This document shows positions 56,470 to 64,000 of a stretch of 64,000 nt of DNA, piece after piece. Made by a program: the position numbers and the translations under genes. Within the stretch, counting starts at the first letter, position 1. Every line of letters starts with the position of its first letter. The notes beneath the pieces were generated by a model. The model saw only the letters and a list, made by a program, of their open reading frames with translations. It made no database searches and was not told the DNA's origin. Source of the stretch: an uncultured delta proteobacterium (GTDB lineage: Bacteria > Myxococcota_A > Polyangia > Haliangiales > Haliangiaceae); NCBI GenBank assembly GCA_963743525.1, contig CAVUQH010000004.1:320001-384000 (forward strand), in the 5' to 3' direction.

Positions 56470-59463
56470 CTACAGCGGCTTGCCCGCGGTGATGCTGACC
56501 TCGTCGCCGCGCGCGAGGCCGAAGCTCACCTTGGTGCCCGCCTTGACCTGCGCCAGCGAGTAGTAGAGAAACACGTTGGCGCCGCTGACGTCGTGGCCGT
56601 TGACCGAGACGATGACGTCGCCGGCCTGCATGCCGCTGCCGTCGGCCGGTCCGCCCGGACGGACCATCGCCACCTTCAAGACCCGCTCCCCCGGCTCGAC
56701 GTCCGGCGGCGCCTCTTCCAGGGTGAAGCCCAGGTCCCCGCCCCGCTCGCGCGGCCCGGTGCGCCGGCGCGGAATGCGCATCTCGCCGATGTCGTGGCTG
56801 CCGCCGCCGGGCACCGTCACCAGCTTGCGACCAAAGCTGTACGGCGACGAGCTCCAGTCCATCGGCATCGCCGAGACGAACAGCTTGCCCGCCGGCGCAT
56901 CCTCGACCTCGAAGCGCCCTGACTCGTCGGTGATCTTCTTCTTGTCGTCGTCGCCAAGGCGAAAGCTGAATCCGCTGCCGCCACCCTTGGCCGGTGACGC
57001 CACCACCAGCATTCCCGGCACCGGCTTGCCGGTATCGAGATCCACCAGCGTGCCGGTAATCGTCGTGCGCGACTCCAGCTGGAACGCGACCCCCGACTTG
57101 TCCTCGCCGTCGCCCAGCGGCACCGACTGCTGCGCCGTGCCCTCGGCGGCATCGACGCTGACCAGCATCGTGCCCGCCGGCAACTCGCGCATCGCCCAGC
57201 GCCCGCCGGTGCGAAAGAAATGCTCCTCGCGCCGATAACCGCTCTTGCGGTTGACCACGGCAATCGTGAACTCGTCCGGCGCGCCACCGCCCACCAGGGA
57301 CACCGTGCCGGAGATCGTCCCGGTGTTCTCGATGGTCAGCGTCACCTCCGAGTCGGTGGCCACGCCCTCGGCAAACGCCTCACCGCCGCCGCGCCGATAC
57401 GCCCGCACCGTGTAGCTGCCCTTGGTCAGATGCTCCAGCTGGAAGCTGCCGTCGGTGTCGGTGAGCACCGGCTGTCGGTCCCAGCTCCAACGCACGCCCT
57501 GCCGCGCGTTGGAGCGCCGGGCCCCGGCCGCGTCCGATTCCCGCTGCGCCATCACGAACGCATCCGTCACCACCTTGCCGCTGGCATCGACCACCTTGCC
57601 GCTGATGCCGTGCGACTCGCTCTCGACCACCAGCCGCACCTGCACCACCTGCCCCGCCCGCACCTTGACCCGCTTGCCCTGGACGTCGTCGTCCGTCTTG
57701 CCCGGCGCGCGCAGCTGATCCGACCAGCCGCGCTGCGCGACCACCCGCAGCTCCCCCGCCGGCGCGCCGGTGATCTCGAAGCTGCCGTCGTCCGCCGAGA
57801 TCGCGTAGCTGCGCCAGTTGCCCCAGCGCTCGCCGACCGCGCGCACCCGCACACCGCTCACCGCCGCGCCCGCCTCGTTAACGACATGGCCCGCGATCGT
57901 TCCGCCGGCATCGACGACCAGATGCGCGTGCGCCGTCTCGCCCTCCTTGACCTCGATCTTGGTCGTCTCCTTGGGCCGCGGGTGATCGGCCGACTGCACC
58001 TCCAGCTCGTAGCTGCCCACCACCAGCCCCTTCATCTCGAACGTCCCCTGGCTGTCCGTGTCGTCCCAGCCCCAGCTGCGCTGCCCGCGCGGATCGCCGC
58101 CGACCACCCGCGCGCTGACCTGCGCATCCTCCACCGGCGCGCCCGACGCATCGACCACGTCGCCGTCGATCGCGCTGCCCGCGCTGACCGTCCAGGTCAA
58201 CCCGGTGACGTCCTTGTCCGCCACCACGACCGGATCGTACTCATCCTGCTCCAGGAGGTTCTGACAGCGAAGCTGTGGCTTGTACGTCCCCGGCAGCACC
58301 CCGTCGATCGACACCGTGCCGTCCGGATCCGCCTGACCGGCGAGGTCGCGATTGTGCTCCTTGTCGTGCATCCCCACCCAGCAGCGGTCCTGCACCTTCC
58401 CCTGCTCGTTGACCACCTTGCCGCTGATGGTGAACGCCGGATGCACCTCGATGATCAGATCGTCCCGCGTCTGCCCCAGCCCCAGCAGCACACTCTCGGC
58501 CGCCTCGCCGAACAGCTGCGGCCCATTCGCCGTCGGCTTGTACCGCCCCGGCTCGAGCCCGCTGATGCGAAAGCGCCCCTGGTCATCGGTGCGCGCGCTG
58601 TCCCGGCCGAGAAACAGCCCGTCCGAAACGCTGCCCGACCAGACCATCGCCCCGACCACCGGCCGCTTCGTGCCGACCTCGACCACCTTGCCCGCCAACA
58701 CCGCCTCCGGGGTCAGGAACAGCTCGATGTACTGCCCCGGCGCCGTCCCCGACTTGTTGCCCGACGAGTAGCCATCGGCGATGGCGTAGACCTCGATCTT
58801 GCCCTTCTTCACCCACAGCGTGAACTCGCCCTTGGTGTCGCTGCGCGTCATCGCGCTCGCCGAGCCCCAGCCCATCTCCGCCGTCGCCGAAACCACCGCG
58901 CCGGCAACCCCACCGCCGCCGATATCCTTGACGATGCCGTGCACCTCCACGCCACCGTGGTGGAGCACGATCCGAACCCCCGCCCGCTTCTCCCCCGACC
59001 CCAGCGGCAGCGTGTGCCGATCGCCCTCGCCCGTAAACTGCCCCGGAACGAACCCCGGCGCCGACGCATTGAGCGCGTAGCGAGCCTCCAGCAACCTGGC
59101 CAGCACGAACGAGCCGTCCGGCCCGCTGGTCGCGCAGCTCGGCTCCCGCATCTCCTCCGTGGACAGATGGCTGGACGCCCCGCCCGCGCAAACCATGGCG
59201 CCCGCCACCGGCGCGCCTTTGTCATCGACGACGACGCCGGCGATCTGCCCGCGCGGCCGCGTGTGCGGATCCACCGCCCCCGCCCGCCGAACCGCCCCGA
59301 CCTGCGTCTGCGCGCCCGATCCCTGTGCCTCCGCCTGCTTCGACGACGGCGCCGAATGCCGCCCCGACCGCCACCAGAAAAGCCCCAGCACCACCAGAAT
59401 GCCGACCACGACCAGCCCTGCTCGCTTCCGATTCAACGCGCGTCCTCCAACCCGCGGGCACAT
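56470..59463 (-). CDS. Membrane-anchored protein with repeated carboxypeptidase-regulatory-like domains and a C-terminal PDZ domain
   Basis: N-terminal TM; many G.VVD..G.PV.GA.V...TD..G.F repeats; LGF..VRPGGPADGSGMQAGDVIVSVNG PDZ motif. Start uncertain. Confidence 0.85.
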   Translation of the reverse strand: MCPRVGGRALNRKRAGLVVVGILVVLGLFWWRSGRHSAPSSKQAEAQGSGAQTQVGAVRRAGAVDPHTRPRGQIAGVVVDDKGAPVAGAMVCAGGASSHLSTEEMREPSCATSGPDGSFVLARLLEARYALNASAPGFVPGQFTGEGDRHTLPLGSGEKRAGVRIVLHHGGVEVHGIVKDIGGGGVAGAVVSATAEMGWGSASAMTRSDTKGEFTLWVKKGKIEVYAIADGYSSGNKSGTAPGQYIELFLTPEAVLAGKVVEVGTKRPVVGAMVWSGSVSDGLFLGRDSARTDDQGRFRISGLEPGRYKPTANGPQLFGEAAESVLLGLGQTRDDLIIEVHPAFTISGKVVNEQGKVQDRCWVGMHDKEHNRDLAGQADPDGTVSIDGVLPGTYKPQLRCQNLLEQDEYDPVVVADKDVTGLTWTVSAGSAIDGDVVDASGAPVEDAQVSARVVGGDPRGQRSWGWDDTDSQGTFEMKGLVVGSYELEVQSADHPRPKETTKIEVKEGETAHAHLVVDAGGTIAGHVVNEAGAAVSGVRVRAVGERWGNWRSYAISADDGSFEITGAPAGELRVVAQRGWSDQLRAPGKTDDDVQGKRVKVRAGQVVQVRLVVESESHGISGKVVDASGKVVTDAFVMAQRESDAAGARRSNARQGVRWSWDRQPVLTDTDGSFQLEHLTKGSYTVRAYRRGGGEAFAEGVATDSEVTLTIENTGTISGTVSLVGGGAPDEFTIAVVNRKSGYRREEHFFRTGGRWAMRELPAGTMLVSVDAAEGTAQQSVPLGDGEDKSGVAFQLESRTTITGTLVDLDTGKPVPGMLVVASPAKGGGSGFSFRLGDDDKKKITDESGRFEVEDAPAGKLFVSAMPMDWSSSPYSFGRKLVTVPGGGSHDIGEMRIPRRRTGPRERGGDLGFTLEEAPPDVEPGERVLKVAMVRPGGPADGSGMQAGDVIVSVNGHDVSGANVFLYYSLAQVKAGTKVSFGLARGDEVSITAGKPL

Positions 59464-59653
59464 CCCAGCCCGCGGAACACCGATACGATACGTGCAGCCC
59501 CGCCCAGGTTGCTCACGAAATGACGCCCGTCATTTCCCGCGGTCCTCACAGCTGCTGGCCAGCCCGGCCCGCAACCGACGCCGATGCGTCGCATCCGCGC
59601 AGACCGACGCGGATTCGCTTCGCGCCACCCGGTCACGCTGGACCACGAGCCCG

Positions 59654-59670
59654 TGTTGCGCCACGCAACG
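59654..59670. promoter_or_regulatory. Palindrome GTTGC-GCCAC-GCAAC (candidate EBP site)
   Basis: Same motif family as 13360, 16434, 39819 and 54276. Confidence 0.5.
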
Positions 59671-59699
59671 CGCACGTCCAGAAATCAGCCGCTTCCCGC

Positions 59700-59714
59700 G
59701 GGCACGATCAATGC
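59700..59714 (+). promoter_or_regulatory. Putative sigma54 promoter (GGGCAC-GATCA-ATGC)
   Basis: GG-N10-GC spacing, 14 nt upstream of ATG 59729. Confidence 0.5.
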
Positions 59715-59728
59715 AGCCACGCGTGCGC

Positions 59729-60931
59729 ATGCAACGCCCCCGACTCGTCCTCCTGCCTGCGTTCGCCATCCTGACCCTCGGCGCGGGATTCGCCCGGGCC
59801 GACATCAATGCTGACCTCGACGCGCTGACCGCCGCGGGCTCGGACGGCGGCGCCGCCATCACCGACGCCGAAGCCGCGACCTTTGCCGCCGGCGCCAGCG
59901 CCTACGGCGCCGACGATGCCATCCTCGGCCTCGTCCACGCCCACGGCCTGCGCATGGACGGATCGTTCCCCGCCGACAGCGCCTACGCGACCATCAACCA
60001 GGCCCTCCGCTTCCGCGTCGACGGCCTGGCCGTGAGCAAGCGCCAGGCCCCCGGCATCCGCTTCGCCCGCGCCAGCACCACCGCGCCGATCGAAGTGACC
60101 TTCGATTCCCAGGGCGTCGACTACACCCAGGTTGACCTCGTCTTCACCTGGGACGCCTGGACCACCGCTCGCGGCGTGACCCTCTCGCCGAACTGCCACG
60201 GCGACTACACCGCCATCCTGCAGGGCGCCCCCGCCAACGGCACCTTCGCCTACTCCCTGCACCTGTTCGGCCCCGACGGCAGCGACCTGTGGACCAACAA
60301 CCCGCGCGAGCTCGGCATCTACGGCGGCCAGTCCTACCGCAACTACGACCTCCAGCTCGCCGCCATGACCGCCACCCCCGCCGAGCCCACCAAGCCCGCC
60401 TTCGCCCAGCTCCTGCGCACCTTCGCCGACCCCCGCTCCCTCGGCGGCGCCACCGTCACCAGCAGCGAATTCAGCGAGCTCGTCCAGGAGATCACCTGGG
60501 AAGGCGGCACCGGCGTCGAGCACCGCGCCGCCCTCCGCCCCGCCCTCGACGAGCTCTACGACCTCGAGTCCGAAGGCGTGACGTTCGAAGTCCCCGCCGC
60601 CAACCTCCGCGACTTCCTCACCGCCCAGATGACCGCCACCGCCACCTACCCCAGCGCCTTCTACCAGCGCGCCGCCGACGGCCGCCTGACCATGACCATC
60701 GCCGAGCCATCCGCCGCCTCCGCCCGCGTCTACTACTCCACCGACGGCTGGAACATCCCCCACGTCACCAGCTGCAGCCGCCCCGAGCCCGGCGCCGCCC
60801 TCTCATGCGACCTCGGCTACCTCCTCCCCGGCGCCCTCTGGTCCTACACCATCGCCACCACCGACGCCGACGGCAACGAGCACTGGATCCGCTCGACCCT
60901 GGGCAACTTCTTCGAGGAGCTGCGCTACTGA
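59729..60931 (+). CDS. Secreted protein with two putative starch-binding-like (CBM21/25-like) modules
   Basis: Signal peptide ending FARA; modules VDLVFTWDAW...LWTNN and RVYYSTDGW...EHW. Confidence 0.55.
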   Translation: MQRPRLVLLPAFAILTLGAGFARADINADLDALTAAGSDGGAAITDAEAATFAAGASAYGADDAILGLVHAHGLRMDGSFPADSAYATINQALRFRVDGLAVSKRQAPGIRFARASTTAPIEVTFDSQGVDYTQVDLVFTWDAWTTARGVTLSPNCHGDYTAILQGAPANGTFAYSLHLFGPDGSDLWTNNPRELGIYGGQSYRNYDLQLAAMTATPAEPTKPAFAQLLRTFADPRSLGGATVTSSEFSELVQEITWEGGTGVEHRAALRPALDELYDLESEGVTFEVPAANLRDFLTAQMTATATYPSAFYQRAADGRLTMTIAEPSAASARVYYSTDGWNIPHVTSCSRPEPGAALSCDLGYLLPGALWSYTIATTDADGNEHWIRSTLGNFFEELRY

Positions 60932-60990
60932 GCAGGAACGTGGGGTTCAAGAGGCGCAGACACGTCCTGGCGCATAGTTGCTCGCCCGAT

Positions 60991-61308
60991 TCACTCACGC
61001 CCCGCCACCTGTTCGATGACGCGGCAGACAACCCTGAAGGCGCCATCGGAGGAACGCAACTCCACCATCTGCTGCCCCTTCAACTGAACCGAACGCACCT
61101 CGAGCCTGTACGGACCACCCTGGACATCTCCCTCCAGGCGAACACAGCCACGACAGTGCAAACCGCTATGCCGCGGAAACGTATCGTGATGAACGGCAAG
61201 CCGCAGTCGTGAGTGCGTGAGCCCAAACTCGAGAATCGACACATGCCAATCGGCCCGATCGCCGAAGAAGCTGTTGAGCGCGGCAACGTTGGTTGACTCT
61301 CGAGTCAT
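60991..61308 (-). CDS. Hypothetical protein (immunity-like)
   Basis: Small ORF with an ATGA overlap with the upstream gene; atypical codon usage. Confidence 0.6.
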   Translation of the reverse strand: MTRESTNVAALNSFFGDRADWHVSILEFGLTHSRLRLAVHHDTFPRHSGLHCRGCVRLEGDVQGGPYRLEVRSVQLKGQQMVELRSSDGAFRVVCRVIEQVAGRE

Positions 61309-61667
61309 CGAGCCTCTCGAGAGACGTCCGCGAATGGGCTATCAAAAATGCTTTGCTGGGACTCTCTCACTTTGATTTGGGTAGCAACGACCAAGTAGCG
61401 TTGCGTTCCCGCCACTATCGCCCAAACGTCCTCTTCGTCAAACGGTCGAGGTACCAGCGCTGCCAACTCAGCGACCTCGTCCGTCGAACCGCGCTCGATC
61501 TGAATCGATCCGAGATGACGAGGCAGCGACAGATACTGAACGTTGAACAGGAGCACATCGACGTTGAAAGTCCGCGCCCCGCCTTTCGGGCTGCGGAGCA
61601 GCGCCGACCCGTGGCTGACGTGGTACTCCCACAGCTGAAACTCACGCGCCGAGTCGATTTCGTACAT
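61305..61667 (-). CDS. Hypothetical protein (immunity-like)
   Basis: GGAGG RBS; FQLWEYHVSHGSALLRSPK...NVDVLL..VQYLSLP. Confidence 0.7.
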   Translation of the reverse strand: MYEIDSAREFQLWEYHVSHGSALLRSPKGGARTFNVDVLLFNVQYLSLPRHLGSIQIERGSTDEVAELAALVPRPFDEEDVWAIVAGTQRYLVVATQIKVRESQQSIFDSPFADVSREAR

Positions 61668-61730
61668 TGCGTTGCTGCCTCCAAACATCGGCTGATCTCT
61701 AGCCGCTGTGCGGCCATCTCCGACCGTCGC

Positions 61731-62138
61731 CTATTCGATCTCTATCTCCATGCGTCCCACCAACAGGCTCTCGGAGACCACGCGCCCGAGCTCCGCCAGA
61801 ATCTGTCGCGCGCTCGGCACCGGGCAGTCGGCCGATGGCACCAGGTGCTCGAACGACGGCGCCCGAGAGGGCTCGACTTGACGTAGCTGTTCCAGAACCT
61901 CGGGGGCGACCGGAATCGTCTCAACAAGATGAGACGGGTCGCCAAAGCCCTCCCTCACAGCTCTGACGAAATGCCGCGCCCGGTCAGCGTCGCCAACCCG
62001 AGAGAGAGCCTCTAGGATCCATCGCCAATAGACATCGGAGAGAACGAGCTCCGACTCCGGGGATCGAAAGCATGCCGTGCCCTGAACCGGCCAGCTGACC
62101 GTGTACTCAGTGCGCTGGATACGGAGCTGCTTGGTCAT
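61731..62138 (-). CDS. Hypothetical protein
   Basis: 135-aa ORF co-oriented within the small-gene array. Confidence 0.6.
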   Translation of the reverse strand: MTKQLRIQRTEYTVSWPVQGTACFRSPESELVLSDVYWRWILEALSRVGDADRARHFVRAVREGFGDPSHLVETIPVAPEVLEQLRQVEPSRAPSFEHLVPSADCPVPSARQILAELGRVVSESLLVGRMEIEIE

Positions 62139-62187
62139 CGTTACTCTGGGTCATGCCGGCTCAACATGTCGAAAATCCGATCCGATG

Positions 62188-62919
62188 TCACCGGGGTGGA
62201 CGTTCGCCGACGAACCAGACCACATCACCAATGTTCGGGGTCCCGACCTTCTTCCAGCCGGACTCGATACGAGCAAGCACGTCCGCCACGCTACCCGACC
62301 AGATCTCGAGCTCACCCCGGTCACCTAGCATGACAGCTCGCAGCTGACCAGACTCGAGCAATGGCGTAAGGGCCTCCAATGTCGCGGACCGCACCTGCTG
62401 TTCCGCTGCGCCGTCGCCCAGCAGCTCTCGAAGATCGTCGGCCAACCACCACAGGCCCAGATCGCTTTCGGCCGCCTCGACGATCCATTGCTTTCGAAGC
62501 GTGTCGTAGGCCGGCGACGACGAGCCGAGCCTGTGACCATGCGCGATGAGGAAGCGGTCGATGCGCAGGATTTCGTCGCGAGCGACCTCTGGAGCCGACC
62601 ACTCGCGGTCGCGCCCATGTCGCAGGAAGTCGTCGCTAAGACCAATCCCGTAGTGCTCGACGTATTCCGCGGCGTCGCGCCTCCAGTAGTACGTGCCATC
62701 CGTGAGTACGGCACTTCCACCTGCGACGTCGAATGCGCCGCTGAGAATGTCGGAGGTGTATTCCATCAGGGCTAGTACGATGGCACCTGAACGAAGGTAA
62801 TCAGCGATGGCAGAACGCTCAGAAGTGGGAATCTCGTCGCGCCGTGCCTCGAGCTGAGACCGCAGCTGTCGAAACTCCCGTTCCCCGGCGATGATGCCGA
62901 ACAGCCCGAGCGGTTGCAC
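62188..62919 (-). CDS. Hypothetical two-module protein (immunity-like); start uncertain
   Basis: Module 1 TDGTYYWRRDAAEYVEHYGIGL; module 2 LGLWWL...W...RIESGWKKVGTPNIGDVVWF. Confidence 0.6.
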   Translation of the reverse strand: MQPLGLFGIIAGEREFRQLRSQLEARRDEIPTSERSAIADYLRSGAIVLALMEYTSDILSGAFDVAGGSAVLTDGTYYWRRDAAEYVEHYGIGLSDDFLRHGRDREWSAPEVARDEILRIDRFLIAHGHRLGSSSPAYDTLRKQWIVEAAESDLGLWWLADDLRELLGDGAAEQQVRSATLEALTPLLESGQLRAVMLGDRGELEIWSGSVADVLARIESGWKKVGTPNIGDVVWFVGERPPR

Positions 62920-62993
62920 CTCTACTGTCGCTTGCACCGCGCGAACCGCATGTCGTTGTCGTCCATGGGACGTGCCGAGCCCAAGACCACCAC

Positions 62994-63278
62994 CTACTCC
63001 TGTGGGATGACTACCGTCGAGGCCCCGTGCAGTCGCAGCCGGAGGCTGACCGTCGCATCTTCGTTGACACGAATCCACACCCCAATCTCCGGCTCATGGC
63101 CCAGCCCGAGCATCCATTCGCGCTCCGTCATTTGTTCGAGGTGCAGCCAGTGATCCACGACGAGCTCGTCGAATGTGCCCTGGTTCTTTACCTCGACTGT
63201 TCGATCACCATCGTGGGCCAAGACCCGCCAGGTGCGGCCGGGATTCTTCGCCATCTCGAGCATTGTTTTCTTCGCCAT
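62994..63278 (-). CDS. Hypothetical protein
   Basis: GGAGG RBS; FDELVVDHWLHLEQM. Confidence 0.65.
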   Translation of the reverse strand: MAKKTMLEMAKNPGRTWRVLAHDGDRTVEVKNQGTFDELVVDHWLHLEQMTEREWMLGLGHEPEIGVWIRVNEDATVSLRLRLHGASTVVIPQE

Positions 63279-63634
63279 CTCGCGCCTCCGTTGCTGAGCT
63301 CATTTGTCCCATCACTCTCGATGCAGCACAGCGGGTTACGGAAGGATTTCCACCAAAGCCCAAACTGCGTTGGCAACGGCGAATTCGCCGTGTTCGCCGC
63401 GGTTCCAGACCTGCCACGTAGCTCCACTAGCGTGCCAGCCTGTTCCGAAGCTGCGGGCATCTTCCAATAACGTTCCACCGACGACGGAGCGGACACGAAC
63501 GAGCATTGCTGGCGTCAACCACATTCTAGGCGGGCCTACTTGATCCGAACCGAGTCTCTTCCCGTTTCGCTCAGTACCCTCGTGCGAGCAGTTGCCGTAT
63601 CCGTCGCGGCCACTATGCGCCTCCAACCAAGAAC

Positions 63635-64000
63635 CTACTCTGCAGCAAACGCGGCGATGTTGACGATCGTCCCGGGCGCCAAGGCTTCGACGAAGACGCG
63701 CCTCGCTGCAACTGGCGCAGGCAGCTCCAAGGCGGTCACAACCGAATCCAGACTCCCCACTACCTCCGGTTGCGCGCCTTCGTCCGCGAGCAAGATACGA
63801 CCGGCCTGAGCTGGCTCAGCAGTGCGGACGACGATGCGCGAGACCGGAATGCTACTGCCCAGGTCGACAGCGATACCACGCATGTCTGCGCTGCCGGCCG
63901 GAACGTCGGACAAGTCGAACGACGTTTCGTCGTCACGGTCGGTAACCATGCAAGGATCGACGATCGCCAGAGGACGCTCGCCGGTCACGGGGGCCAAACG
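63635..64000 (-). CDS. Hypothetical protein, partial (begins beyond the right edge)
   Basis: Open frame up to the window end, stop at 63635. Confidence 0.5.
   Translation of the reverse strand, partial: RLAPVTGERPLAIVDPCMVTDRDDETSFDLSDVPAGSADMRGIAVDLGSSIPVSRIVVRTAEPAQAGRILLADEGAQPEVVGSLDSVVTALELPAPVAARRVFVEALAPGTIVNIAAFAAE

Noticed and set aside
63279..63634. Short ORFs (63336-63626 and others)
   Set aside because: No convincing start or motif; possibly gene remnants, so left uncalled.
60932..64000. Integron cassette array or prophage
   Set aside because: No recognisable attC-like RYYYAAC...GTTRRRY palindromes, integrase or phage structural genes.

Overview
High-GC bacterial DNA, most likely Myxococcota (inferred from a MYXO-CTERM sorting tail, many lipoproteins and many sigma54-type promoters). 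I found no rRNA, tRNA, CRISPR array, integrase or transposase. The main theme is alpha-glucan (starch/glycogen) use, spread across the window: a GH15 glucoamylase, three lipoprotein GH13 amylases, non-catalytic starch-binding-module proteins and a maltose-type ABC transporter. Five of these transcription units share an upstream palindrome, (C)GTTGC-N5-GCAAC(G), together with a sigma54 -24/-12-like element, which points to an undescribed regulon. The most unusual locus is a three-gene operon: a tandem CBM21-like lipoprotein, a PHP phosphoesterase, and a CBM48/GH13 amylase fused in frame to a radical SAM (Twitch/SPASM-like) domain. Also present are a PlsA/PlsR-like ATP-dependent activase/reductase pair with tandem TetR-type operators downstream of a phospholipase D gene, two active/degenerate 2OG-Fe(II) oxygenase pairs, a CHASE2 cyclase-SH3-M48 cassette, a sigma54 two-component system followed by an unannotated 29-aa membrane peptide, and an AT-richer array of small immunity-like genes at the right end. 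Eight apparent +1 frameshifts interrupt seven genes. Six of them are duplicated A/T bases inside GTCGAC or GATC, which suggests methylation-linked sequencing errors rather than pseudogenes. All family assignments come from motif recognition by eye; no database searches were run.
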